57,997 bases of DNA from an uncultured virus (IMG/VR IMGVR_UViG_3300040960_001631) (IMGVR_UViG_3300040960_001631:62001-119997), one strand, 5' to 3'. Positions 25,663 through 36,093 are shown, counted from the first letter of the stretch. Translations and numbers: made by a program. The notes: generated by a model from the sequence alone, not told the origin.

Positions 25663-28410
25663 ATGCCAAATTTAAGTAAATATTTTGTACAAGGGCTTAA
25701 TAAAACGCTCCGTTTACAAAGCGGAGTAAATTTTTCTTATAAAGGCCCATGGGTTCAATTGTATCCAAATACTGTTTTAGACCAATGGTACTATGGCGAC
25801 TTCTGTGCTGCTGAATATACTGTTGTAGTAGATTTTGGCGGGCAAGATAAAGAAATAATAAAATTCCTTGTAATTGCAGATGTTAATAATGCTAATATAA
25901 CCGAATACGGCAGAACCAATCTCGGAAGAAATTTGGTTGATATTACAGCCCAAGTTAATGCATCTAACATAAGCATTTTAATTAATCCTGCTATTTCTGA
26001 AGATAGTACAGCCAGTACTGGAGCAAAAGTAATTTATAGTGCTTCATACTTCCATAGTATTAACGATATAGGTGCTTCTTCAGTGCCTAGTTATTTGCCT
26101 CCGCAAGAAGTTGTTCCTACATATACTGTAACTCCGGCAACTAATAGTGTAGATGAAGGATCTCCGCTAACAATAAATGTCTCTACAACAAATGTCGAAG
26201 ATGCAACTGTTTTATATTGGACTGCAAGTAATGCATCTGATTTTGGAACATCTAGTGGTAGTTTCACAATTACAAGTAACACGGGCAGTTTTACAGTCAC
26301 TCCAACAGCTGATAGTACAACAGAAGGTGCAGAAACATTTACTGTAAGTATTAGGTCAGATAGTATTAATGGAACAGTTTTAGATACTACTAACAATATA
26401 ACTATTAATGACACAAGTACTACTCCAATTATTTTACCTACATATACTGCAACTCCAGCAACCGATAATGTAGATGAAGGCAGTGCATTAACTATAAATG
26501 TTGCTACAACTAATGTAGATGATGCTACAACATTATACTGGACTGTTTCGTCTTCGGGAGATTTTAATATAGCAAGCGGTAGTTTTGTAATTACAAGCAA
26601 TGCTGGAAACTTTAATGTTACACCTGGAAATGATTTTGTTACTGAAGACTCTGAAACATTTACTGTAAGTATTAGAACCGGAAGCATTTTAGGAACTATT
26701 GTAGACACAACTGATACTATTACTATAAATGACACAAGTACAACTCCTACAGGCATAGTTTATAATGTCACAGTTGCTTCTGGCACTAACATATACGGGA
26801 CAGGAAATAAGTACTACATCGATGGATTTGTAGGCCCAAGTCCTACATTAAATTTAATAGAAGGACAAACTTATATATTTAGACAAAGTGATCCTTCCAA
26901 TGATACGCACCAGCTTAAATTTTCTACAACACCCAACGGGATTTGGGGAGGCGGCATCGAGTATACCACAGGCGTTACTACAGTAGGCACAGCAGGAACA
27001 CTAGGATCTTACACTCAAATAACAGTTGCTTCGGATGCTCCAACATTATATTATTATTGTGTAAATCATAGCGGAATGGGAGGTACTGCAAATACACCTG
27101 GAGAAGCTACGCCAATTTATGATAGTTTAAGTTCGCCATCAAATGCAAATGAAGGCGATACTATTACATTCTCACTCTTAACACAAAATATTCCTGATAG
27201 TACAACTGTTGGATATACAATCACAGGTATAACTGAAGACGATATTTCTTCAGGAACATTGACAGGCACAATAACTATATCTAATAACACAGGATCAACA
27301 AGTATTGTAATAGATAATGACGAATTAATAGAAGGAAGTGAAGTTGTAACTTGTACTATCGATGCAACAGATAGTGAAGGAAATAACACTGGATCATTAG
27401 AATCTGAAACAACAATTGCAGACACTAGTATACCAACACCGACGTATACTGCAACACCAGTATCTAATAGTATAGATGAAGGTAGTGCATTAACAATAAA
27501 TGTGGCTACAACAAATGTAGATGACAGTACAACATTATATTGGACAGTCACTAATGCAGGAGACTTTGGCACTGCTAGTGGAAACTTTACTATTACCAGT
27601 GATGCAGGTAGTTTCACAGTTACACCAACAGCTGACAGTACAACAGAAGGTGCAGAAACATTTACAGTAAGCATCAGAACAGAAAGTACTTCAGGAACTA
27701 TTGTAGACACAACTGATACTATTACTATAAATGATACAAGCACAACACCTGCTGATCCGCCAACATATAGCTTATCTCCTGCTGAAAATAATATAGATGA
27801 AGGTAGTGCATTAACAATAAATGTCACTACAACAAATGTAGATGACGGTACAACATTATATTGGACAGTCACTAATGCAGGAGACTTCGACACTACAGCT
27901 GGACAAGTTACAATTAATAGCAACGCAGGCAGTTTTACAGTGACTCCGAGAGCAGACGAATTTACAGAAGGTGCAGAAACATTCACAGTTCAACTTAGAA
28001 CTGATAGTTTAGTTGGTACTGTTGTAGACACAACTGATCCTATTAATATAAACGATACAAGTACAACTCCGGTATTTGCAGCAGATTATACAATTACTGT
28101 TACTAACAGTGGCAATAGTTACTTATTATCAGGCTCAGATAGAAATGGATCATTTACAAATGCATCGCAACCTACTCTAGCATTTAATGACGGAGATTTA
28201 GTTCAATTTAATATTAACAGCAGTACGGCTGTAGCACACCCGTTTTATATTAAAACCACACAAAGCACAGGAACAGGTAACCAGGTAGCAGGAGTTACAG
28301 GTGCAGGTTCTGAAACAGTACAATGGGATACAAGTGTAGCAGGATCGGGCACTTATGGGTATCAGTGTTCTATTCACTTTGGAATGTGGAACACAATTAC
28401 AGTGACATAA
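25663..28410 (+). CDS. Virion protein with five Ig/Calx-beta-like repeats and two cupredoxin-like domains
   Basis: ~105-aa repeats (PTY..TP....(V/I)DEG..LT.NV.TTNV.D.T.LYWT...TEG.ETFTV..R...TINDTSTTP); H...C-x2-H-x2-M motifs (YYYCVNHSGMG, YQCSIHFGMW). Confidence 0.75.
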   Translation: MPNLSKYFVQGLNKTLRLQSGVNFSYKGPWVQLYPNTVLDQWYYGDFCAAEYTVVVDFGGQDKEIIKFLVIADVNNANITEYGRTNLGRNLVDITAQVNASNISILINPAISEDSTASTGAKVIYSASYFHSINDIGASSVPSYLPPQEVVPTYTVTPATNSVDEGSPLTINVSTTNVEDATVLYWTASNASDFGTSSGSFTITSNTGSFTVTPTADSTTEGAETFTVSIRSDSINGTVLDTTNNITINDTSTTPIILPTYTATPATDNVDEGSALTINVATTNVDDATTLYWTVSSSGDFNIASGSFVITSNAGNFNVTPGNDFVTEDSETFTVSIRTGSILGTIVDTTDTITINDTSTTPTGIVYNVTVASGTNIYGTGNKYYIDGFVGPSPTLNLIEGQTYIFRQSDPSNDTHQLKFSTTPNGIWGGGIEYTTGVTTVGTAGTLGSYTQITVASDAPTLYYYCVNHSGMGGTANTPGEATPIYDSLSSPSNANEGDTITFSLLTQNIPDSTTVGYTITGITEDDISSGTLTGTITISNNTGSTSIVIDNDELIEGSEVVTCTIDATDSEGNNTGSLESETTIADTSIPTPTYTATPVSNSIDEGSALTINVATTNVDDSTTLYWTVTNAGDFGTASGNFTITSDAGSFTVTPTADSTTEGAETFTVSIRTESTSGTIVDTTDTITINDTSTTPADPPTYSLSPAENNIDEGSALTINVTTTNVDDGTTLYWTVTNAGDFDTTAGQVTINSNAGSFTVTPRADEFTEGAETFTVQLRTDSLVGTVVDTTDPININDTSTTPVFAADYTITVTNSGNSYLLSGSDRNGSFTNASQPTLAFNDGDLVQFNINSSTAVAHPFYIKTTQSTGTGNQVAGVTGAGSETVQWDTSVAGSGTYGYQCSIHFGMWNTITVT
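26116..28071 (+). repeat. Intragenic domain repeats, five units of ~310 bp
   Basis: Units at ~26116-26427, 26437-26748, 27112-27430 (divergent), 27439-27750 and 27760-28071. 27471..27566 and 27792..27887 differ at only 3 of 96 nt; 26691..26732 equals 27693..27734. Confidence 0.85.
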
Positions 28411-28419
28411 GGAATATAG

Positions 28420-28962
28420 ATGGCAGTTACATATTCAAAATTTGAAACAGGAAAAGGTTATAAATCACCAAATCTAGATATAGATCTAGACGGAAATATT
28501 ATAGCAAGTTCAATAGATGTAAACCTTATAAAACTAGACGGAGAAGTATTATTTCAAGCTGGAAGCTCAGATGACGGCGACCCTGTACAAACTGCATTAT
28601 CAGATAACATAACATCTAGTAATTTACAACGTCTGGGTGTACTTACAAGTTTGACTGTAGAAGGCGATGCTACAATATCAAACGGACTAGTACAAATTAC
28701 TAGCGCCACTACTGGATCGATAAATAATATCAATATAGGAGGAGTAACCCCTAGAGATGGAGATTTTGTTGCACTAACAGCAACCAGCGGAACAATAACT
28801 ACTCTAAATTCTACAAGTTTTACTACTTCTACCGTAACAACAGATAACATAACTACAGATACAGCAACAGTTAATAATGCTCCAACATTAGAAAGTCATG
28901 CTACTAATAAAGGTTATGTAGATACACAAATAACAGCACTGTCTATAGCACTTGGAAGTTAA
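28420..28962 (+). CDS. Small Thr-rich fibre-like structural protein
   Basis: SNLQRLGVLTSLTV, G.INNI.IG..TP and ATNKGYVD..I motifs typical of phage fibre proteins. Confidence 0.65.
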   Translation: MAVTYSKFETGKGYKSPNLDIDLDGNIIASSIDVNLIKLDGEVLFQAGSSDDGDPVQTALSDNITSSNLQRLGVLTSLTVEGDATISNGLVQITSATTGSINNINIGGVTPRDGDFVALTATSGTITTLNSTSFTTSTVTTDNITTDTATVNNAPTLESHATNKGYVDTQITALSIALGS

Positions 28963-28965
28963 AAA

Positions 28966-31900
28966 ATGGCAAAAACACAAATACAAGACTACATATTTCA
29001 CCCAGGGTTAGGCGCAAATGATAATCTTTATCCTAATGCATATAGCTTGGTTGAATCTAATAAATTATTCATTCAAAAAGAAGCTACAGCTTGGATTCAA
29101 AGTCAAATCGATGCAGCAGAGCCTGACTTTATAGGATACACCTATAATTCTGCTAAATGTGAAAGAGATATTGGCTATAATATTGATGCATATCTTGCAG
29201 ACTTAAGATACGGCGGAAATGAAAATACATATAATGTTGTAAAATACTATTGGGATCAAGATGTTGCGCAAATTGATGGTAATAGGGCAGTAGAAGTTGC
29301 TACATACGGATTTATTAAAGATCTAATTCAAATATATATTTTACCTAATGCAAGTTATACTCCGATAAATTTAGAAGTAACTCAAACAATCGACGTATCA
29401 AAAACAGCAGAATCAGGAACTTCAAGTATCTTAGGAACACTCATAGATGCAACTGCTGATGTAATTGAAACTGGCTTATCAGAATTTCCTACATTTGAAG
29501 AAAGTGGCCAAGGCTTTATAAAGATGCAAGGCAAACATGATATTGCTAATATTTTGTTGATTACAAATGCTACTGATAGTAAAATAATTTTTAATTTTAG
29601 TAGTATAGACACAGGAGGCAATGTCGAATTAATATCTACAACAGATTCAGATTTTGTAACATTTAAACAAACTGTTGATTATGTTTCTAAACTGTACTTG
29701 AACTATGATACAAGTTCAATGAGTTCTACAGATTCGTTAACTATATTTGTAGAAAACACAGAAAATGGTGATAGTGTTGTAACCACAAGACCTTATAATT
29801 TTGGTACTGATGCTATTGAACGTAATAGAGTTGCACCGCCACTTTCAATGCTTGACGCTGACTTTGAGTATGGTCTACAGCCTACTAAATGGGCAGCAAT
29901 TGGAACATTAAGAGGTTATCCAAGTATATATGAAATACCAGGAACAGATACTCCAGTATTAAGTGTAACTACAAACGCTAGTTCTGTAAACACATACATT
30001 TTTACAGTTACTAATAACGGCACAAGCGATTGGGTACTAACAGGCGAAGATAGAAATGGTACTATTACATCTGTTAATGATCCTGCAATTTATATTGTTG
30101 AAGGTGACACCTTGCAATTTGTTAACAACTCATCAGGTTCTCATCCGTTTTATATAAAAACAGCAGCCGGTACAGGAACCGGTAATCAAGTAGACGGTGT
30201 AATAGATCAAGGCGGCCAAACCGGAACTGTAATAGAATGGACTCCGCCAACAGGCTCTGCTGGCACATATTATTACCAATCTTCGAACGACGTAAATATG
30301 GTTGGTGAAATTATTGTACAAACAAACACAGAAGGTGCTGGTTCTGGACAATCTTTAATTACTGTAACAACACTTGGCGCACATGGTTTTGAACCAGGAA
30401 CTCCTATTACAATAAAAGCACTAGAAGATAGTGTTACTGGAGCATCAAGAGCTGAAGGTAGTTTTGTAATATATAATGTTCCAGACACAAATCAGCTAAC
30501 ATACTTTGCAAAAGCTCAAGTAGGTGATACAAATGGTGAAGTTCTAAGTACAACATATACACAACTTAGACAAGCAGGATTTTATACCGGAGCAGAAGTA
30601 GGAAATCCTATATTTACTGTAGTAACAAACGGCTCTGGCGGAAATATATTTACAGAACTAACAACACCATCTGGGTCGACAAATATTCCATATGACGGTC
30701 CAGCGCCAGCTGTTGCCGCTCCTGTAAGCGGCACTGGTATTGATCCTGGAACACAAGTTACAGGTACTATTGATCAATCTGACGGTGGAGGTGTATATCT
30801 TACACCAGTAGTTGTTGGCGATTATACATCTGGTGCTCAAACTATTACAGTTTTTGACTCTACAGGCATTATCGATGATCTTGCTACTGATAACGGATCA
30901 GGAACTGCAACTTACGTTGAAAGTGTAGCTGGCAATGATATAAGTTTTACAACCGCATTTACAAGTGCGATTATTGGTAATAGAACTACTTATAATAATG
31001 TTTCAGGAGATAATATAGTAGGTACAGGCACCAATGCTGAGTTTACAATATCTAAAGCAGACGGAATATATACAATTGATAGTATAGATGCTGCAGGTTC
31101 AGATTATATTATCGGAGATAGGTTTTTAATCTCAGGCACTGATTTATCAGGGATAACGCCCGATAATGATTTATTAATAACTGTACAAACAGTTGACGCA
31201 GATGGCGGAATTGCAACTGTAACAAGTTCTGGAGAAGCATTTGATGGTTCATATGTAACCGAAAGTATAAGTCCTGATGTAGAAGGAGGGGACGGAGTAG
31301 ATGCTGTATTTGATGTTGCATATTCTTCTAATACGTTTAGCACAGTAACACTTAATACATCTTTGATTACTTCTAGCGGATACATAGAAGGTGATAGATT
31401 AAAAATAAGTGGAGCAATTTTATCTCCAGTCGGCGTAGACGGAACTAATGATTTAATAATTGATGTACTTACTGTTGATGCAGGTACAGGCGAAATTTTA
31501 ACTTTTAATTTTAGCGGCACAGCACCTAATGCAGAAAATACATACGTTGCAGCAACATATACATCTACTACTATAGCTGGCACGGGAGCTGTTTTTGATG
31601 TTACAAAAACAGGCACAGTTTATTCTGCTGTAGAAACAAGCGGAGCAACAGCAGATTATGTTATAGGAGAAACATTCACTGTTAGTGGCAGCGATGTAGG
31701 AGGTTCTCCTTCAACAAACGATGTTACAATTACAATCGATAATGTAGATGGCTCTGGAGCAATCACAGCATTTAGTGTATCGGGCGTAGCTAGTAACAGT
31801 GATAGCTTAACATTACAAGGCGGTGCAAATTTAGTAGGCACAGGCGCAGAATTTGAAATAGAACAGTTTGCAGATTCTACAAGTTATGACGTATTATTAC

Positions 31901-34900
31901 TAAACGGAGGAAGTGATTATGCTGCCAATCAAGAATTTATTATTCTTGGTACTACTTTCTTTGGTGAAGACACAACTAATGACTTAACAATCACAATTGA
32001 CAGTGTTGACGCAAGCGGATCGATTACAAGTTTTTCTATAGCTGGTACAAGCACAGACGGGACAAGCACTCATGCCGGTTTGACTCCGGCTTTAGATTCA
32101 GTTGAAGGTGCTGGAGCTACATTTAATGTTCTTAGAGCAGATAGCGGCTACACTACAACTGTAGCATCTGGCGGTTCTGGCTATAAAGCAGGGAATAGTC
32201 TTACAATATCAGCAGCAGATTTGGGAGGTGTTGATCCGGACCATAATTTAACTATAAGAATTGATACTGTATCGGGCGGCGCAATTTCTACATTTACTCA
32301 AGTATATACTAGTGCATATGAAGGTGATATTTTTGATTTAATTAGTACAGTTCAAATATCAGAACCTACTACTGCAGAAATACCAGCAGCAACAAATATT
32401 CCTTATACAGCACTTGCAACACTAGAAGCTGAATTTGATAATGCTCACGGACTTGTACCAGGAGATACATTTATTGTAACTATCAGTTCAGATAGCGGAA
32501 CAAATCAACACGAAATTGCAAGCGGATCGTTCTTTGCATCTGATGTTCCTACAAGTAACACACTACGCTGGCAAGCTAGAAGCGCAGGGTTTATAGACGA
32601 CGACGGAGATATTACCGGAGCCGTATACCCAAGACCAGACAGCTTCTTTATTCACAGACCATATGACGGTGGTGTACAGTTAGGTACAGGCGGTCCGCAA
32701 CATGGTGCGCAAGCAATTCGTCAAAGTAAAAAATACATTCGTTATCAGTCAGGTAAAGGTATTATGTATACAACTGGTGCGCTGTTTGCTCCGAGTTATG
32801 ACTTAAGAAGTGTAACAGCATCTGATGTTGAAGTTGGCGCATTAATCACAGTTGAAACAGACGACAACGATCACGGTGTACAAGAAGGCGGAATTATTCG
32901 TCTGTTAGGTATAGAAACGCCTGGTTACAACAGCGGTGACGAAACTGCTGTTCCGCCAAGATTTGATTACGAAGTTGTTAATGTTATTGACGAACGAACT
33001 TTCCAAATTCGTGCTCAGCGTAGATTAGGGGCAACAACAGCAGTACTAGGATTTGCTGCACAAATGACAGTAGTGAGCTGGCACGGTGCTACAGTACGTT
33101 CAGGCATCTTTGACGATCAAAACGGTATTTTCTGGGAATACGATGGAACAAATTTAAGTGTTGTACAGCGCACAGGTACTAAACAAGTAGCTGGTACTAT
33201 AGCAATGGACGTTGACGATAATTTAATAACAGGAACAAATACAAGATTTAGAGATCAACTAGTTGCAGGAGATAGAGTGATTATTAAAGGTATGACGCAC
33301 GTTGTATCTCATGTGATTAGCCAAACTGAAATGACAGTTACTCCGGACTGGAGAGGTGTTGTAAACATTACTGGCACTAAGATGCTTTTAATTAACGATA
33401 AAAAAGTTAAGCAAGAAGATTTTAATTTAGATAGATTAGACGGTACTGGTCCTAGTGGATATAATTTAGATACTGGTAAAATGCAGATGATTGGCATTCA
33501 GTATTCATGGTATGGTGCTGGTTTTATTGACTTTATGCTACGTGGTTCAGATGGTAACTTTATATTCTGTCATAGAATGCGTAACTCAAACGTAAACACA
33601 GAAGCGTTTATGCGTTCAGGTAACTTGCCAGTGCGCTATGAAGTTACTAACGAAGGACCTCCAGGTAAACTTGCAGCAGCAATGACTGATAGTCAAGATA
33701 CTATATCTCTTGTAGATTCAACCTTCTTTCCAGATAGCGGTGTAGTATATATAGACAATGAGATTATAAGTTTTACAGGCAATAATAAAACAACAAATAC
33801 ACTAACAGGTTGTACAAGAGCCGATACTCTCAGAAATTTCCAAGCAGGCGCCCAACGTCAATACACAGCAGGAGCAGCAGCAACACACGATGACAGAACT
33901 GGTGTAATTTTAATAAGTTGTACAATTACTCCTTTAATTAGTCACTGGGGTTCTGCATTCTTAACAGACGGTGGATTTGATGAAGACCGTGGTTATATTT
34001 TCTCATATGCTGAAACAGGATTAGAAGTTAGTACAACTCCTGCAACCGCATTTATGATTAGATTATCTCCAAGTGTTTCAAACGCACTTGTAGGTGACTT
34101 AGGTGAAAGAGAACTACTAAATCGTGCGCAGTTACTACTACAAAGTTTGGAAGTTACTTCAGACACAGGCACAGGCGGCATTGTTGTTGAAGGTGTTCTT
34201 AACCCGCAAAACTATCCTACAAACCCTAGTTTTGTAGACTGGAGCACACTAAGCTCACAAGCACAAGGCGGTCAGCCTAGTTTTGCCCAAATTGCTTCAA
34301 GTGGTGCTATTACTTGGTCTACGGACACAGCATCTACAGTTGTAAATCCGCAAACTGCTACATTCCCTAGTGCAAGTGTTACACTAGATCCTTACCCATA
34401 CGACAATCTTTCTCTAGACAATGGCTGGGATAGAATTTATATTCTAAAAACTACATGGGATGCAAATTATACAGATATTCGAGAAAATGATAAAATAAGT
34501 GGAACTGGAATTGCATCAGGAACAGAAGTAGACGGAATTAGAACAAACCAATGGATTGACGGTCAAAGATATACAGTAATTACAATGTCAAAAGATGCTA
34601 CACAAAATGTTAGCGGTCAAACTACAGTTACATTTACTAGAGAATATAGAACTTCTAGTACTTCGGTAATATATTTTGATAAGACATCCTGGGATACATC
34701 TGGTGTTGTTGCAGGAACCACTACAACAGATTCAAATTTTGCTGCTAATACACAAGTAAGTGGCGTAAGTTTAGATTCGTATCTTGGCACTCAATACTAT
34801 GAAGTTAAATTTAGTAACTCTTATAATGCTACTATTAATCCAGGAACTACTACAGTTGAATTTACATTTATTGAACCAGTATATGCATTACCAGGAGAAA

Positions 34901-35100
34901 CTATCTTTTCATTCATTGCAAATCCAGGAGAACGTGCAACAGTTGACTTTAGTGAATTAAAAGAGTTAACAAATACTCCATTAGGTGGCAGAGGTACATA
35001 TCCAAATGGCCCTGATGTACTTGCTATTAATTTGTATAAAGTTAGTGGCACACCAATTGATGCAAACGTAATTCTTAAATGGGGTGAAGCACAAGCTTAA
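28966..35100 (+). CDS. Very large (2044 aa) virion structural protein
   Basis: Long ORF with motifs seen in T4-like aquatic phage structural proteins (DADFEYGLQPTKW, RQSKKYIRYQSGKG, SGIFDDQNG.FWEYDG, YSWYGAG, MRSGNLPVRYE, W.E C-terminus) and internal G..Y..G..F.I.G repeats. Confidence 0.8.
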   Translation: MAKTQIQDYIFHPGLGANDNLYPNAYSLVESNKLFIQKEATAWIQSQIDAAEPDFIGYTYNSAKCERDIGYNIDAYLADLRYGGNENTYNVVKYYWDQDVAQIDGNRAVEVATYGFIKDLIQIYILPNASYTPINLEVTQTIDVSKTAESGTSSILGTLIDATADVIETGLSEFPTFEESGQGFIKMQGKHDIANILLITNATDSKIIFNFSSIDTGGNVELISTTDSDFVTFKQTVDYVSKLYLNYDTSSMSSTDSLTIFVENTENGDSVVTTRPYNFGTDAIERNRVAPPLSMLDADFEYGLQPTKWAAIGTLRGYPSIYEIPGTDTPVLSVTTNASSVNTYIFTVTNNGTSDWVLTGEDRNGTITSVNDPAIYIVEGDTLQFVNNSSGSHPFYIKTAAGTGTGNQVDGVIDQGGQTGTVIEWTPPTGSAGTYYYQSSNDVNMVGEIIVQTNTEGAGSGQSLITVTTLGAHGFEPGTPITIKALEDSVTGASRAEGSFVIYNVPDTNQLTYFAKAQVGDTNGEVLSTTYTQLRQAGFYTGAEVGNPIFTVVTNGSGGNIFTELTTPSGSTNIPYDGPAPAVAAPVSGTGIDPGTQVTGTIDQSDGGGVYLTPVVVGDYTSGAQTITVFDSTGIIDDLATDNGSGTATYVESVAGNDISFTTAFTSAIIGNRTTYNNVSGDNIVGTGTNAEFTISKADGIYTIDSIDAAGSDYIIGDRFLISGTDLSGITPDNDLLITVQTVDADGGIATVTSSGEAFDGSYVTESISPDVEGGDGVDAVFDVAYSSNTFSTVTLNTSLITSSGYIEGDRLKISGAILSPVGVDGTNDLIIDVLTVDAGTGEILTFNFSGTAPNAENTYVAATYTSTTIAGTGAVFDVTKTGTVYSAVETSGATADYVIGETFTVSGSDVGGSPSTNDVTITIDNVDGSGAITAFSVSGVASNSDSLTLQGGANLVGTGAEFEIEQFADSTSYDVLLLNGGSDYAANQEFIILGTTFFGEDTTNDLTITIDSVDASGSITSFSIAGTSTDGTSTHAGLTPALDSVEGAGATFNVLRADSGYTTTVASGGSGYKAGNSLTISAADLGGVDPDHNLTIRIDTVSGGAISTFTQVYTSAYEGDIFDLISTVQISEPTTAEIPAATNIPYTALATLEAEFDNAHGLVPGDTFIVTISSDSGTNQHEIASGSFFASDVPTSNTLRWQARSAGFIDDDGDITGAVYPRPDSFFIHRPYDGGVQLGTGGPQHGAQAIRQSKKYIRYQSGKGIMYTTGALFAPSYDLRSVTASDVEVGALITVETDDNDHGVQEGGIIRLLGIETPGYNSGDETAVPPRFDYEVVNVIDERTFQIRAQRRLGATTAVLGFAAQMTVVSWHGATVRSGIFDDQNGIFWEYDGTNLSVVQRTGTKQVAGTIAMDVDDNLITGTNTRFRDQLVAGDRVIIKGMTHVVSHVISQTEMTVTPDWRGVVNITGTKMLLINDKKVKQEDFNLDRLDGTGPSGYNLDTGKMQMIGIQYSWYGAGFIDFMLRGSDGNFIFCHRMRNSNVNTEAFMRSGNLPVRYEVTNEGPPGKLAAAMTDSQDTISLVDSTFFPDSGVVYIDNEIISFTGNNKTTNTLTGCTRADTLRNFQAGAQRQYTAGAAATHDDRTGVILISCTITPLISHWGSAFLTDGGFDEDRGYIFSYAETGLEVSTTPATAFMIRLSPSVSNALVGDLGERELLNRAQLLLQSLEVTSDTGTGGIVVEGVLNPQNYPTNPSFVDWSTLSSQAQGGQPSFAQIASSGAITWSTDTASTVVNPQTATFPSASVTLDPYPYDNLSLDNGWDRIYILKTTWDANYTDIRENDKISGTGIASGTEVDGIRTNQWIDGQRYTVITMSKDATQNVSGQTTVTFTREYRTSSTSVIYFDKTSWDTSGVVAGTTTTDSNFAANTQVSGVSLDSYLGTQYYEVKFSNSYNATINPGTTTVEFTFIEPVYALPGETIFSFIANPGERATVDFSELKELTNTPLGGRGTYPNGPDVLAINLYKVSGTPIDANVILKWGEAQA

Positions 35101-35714
35101 TGTGCTTCTAACCAATCTACAAAGGCAGCTAAGTTATCAAAAATCTTAGTTGCCTTTTTTATTTTTTGGTAAGTAAATCTTTTAGAGATAAGTTCTTCAG
35201 TTTCAATGCCATAACCTGTACGGACTAGTATAGGCTTTGCTCCTACTTTCATTGCTGCTTTTAGATCACTAATTTTGTCACCTATAAAAAATCCTTTAGA
35301 AAACTTAATTGTAGGATTTTCTCGTTCACATCTTTTAAACATACCTGTATTAGGTTTTGCAAATTCGTCATCTTTACGACTGCTTGCACTATAATAAATT
35401 GCATCGATACTAGGACATCCTGCTTCCCCTAACATTTCAAACATACGAAAGTGTACACTTTCTACATCTTCCATAGTCATAATACCTTTTTCAATGCCGC
35501 CTTGATTTGTTATAATAGCAATTTTATGACCTAATGCTCGCAATCTTGCCATTGCTTCTAAACTGCCAGGTATAGGTTCAAAATCATTAGGATCTGTTAC
35601 ATATGTTCCTAAGTCTTTATTAATCACACCGTCTCTATCAATCCCTATTACACACTTTGTATAATTTTCTGTAGGTAAAAGTTGTGGAGTTTGATTGATA
35701 TATCTATTAACCAT
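35097..35714 (-). CDS. gmhB: D-glycero-D-manno-heptose-1,7-bisphosphate 7-phosphatase
   Basis: HAD IIIA motifs DRDGVIN, ITNQGGI, KPNTGMF, IGDKISDLKAA and LVRTGYG; in an operon with hldE and hldD. It lacks the C-x-H...C-x-C zinc loop. Confidence 0.85.
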   Translation of the reverse strand: MVNRYINQTPQLLPTENYTKCVIGIDRDGVINKDLGTYVTDPNDFEPIPGSLEAMARLRALGHKIAIITNQGGIEKGIMTMEDVESVHFRMFEMLGEAGCPSIDAIYYSASSRKDDEFAKPNTGMFKRCERENPTIKFSKGFFIGDKISDLKAAMKVGAKPILVRTGYGIETEELISKRFTYQKIKKATKIFDNLAAFVDWLEAH

Positions 35715-36093
35715 TTTGACTATCGCCTGGCGAAACTCTGTAATTGTCTTCTACTGAATCTGGTGTACTAACTTCAGTAATACTTGAACCTGCTTCTAGA
35801 CAAACAAGTTGATGCGGTTGTAGTGGAGGATTATGCCAAACATCTCCTTCTTTAAGTTCTTTTTCATACATTGTAGCATCTTTTGTATCAATCCATTTGA
35901 CCATAAATTTGCCATTATTAACAAACCAAGATTCGTCTTTTTCTTTATGAAAATGCATACTAAACTTAGCTCCTGGGCGTTCAAACACCATTATTTTACC
36001 ACAGTATTTGTCGTTAGTAGCCCAAATTAATTCATATCCCCATCCTTTTTTTACAAAACCTTCTAGTCTTGTAGATTGATCAGTTTGCTGCAT
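35707..36093 (-). CDS. Cupin, mannose-6-phosphate isomerase-like
   Basis: KGWG.E, S.HFH..K.E.W.V..G, P....H.L and EVST cupin motifs; overlaps both neighbours. Confidence 0.75.
   Translation of the reverse strand: MQQTDQSTRLEGFVKKGWGYELIWATNDKYCGKIMVFERPGAKFSMHFHKEKDESWFVNNGKFMVKWIDTKDATMYEKELKEGDVWHNPPLQPHQLVCLEAGSSITEVSTPDSVEDNYRVSPGDSQNG

Noticed and set aside
27471..27887. Diversity-generating retroelement template/variable repeat pair
   Set aside because: The mismatches are not adenine-specific on one copy, both copies are in-frame coding domains, and no reverse transcriptase is in the window.
26091..27986. Long minus-strand ORFs 26091..26756 and 27117..27986, and similar Val/Ser-rich antisense ORFs throughout the window
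   Set aside because: They are shadows of Thr-rich plus-strand genes, with no RBS, no promoter and no recognisable motifs.
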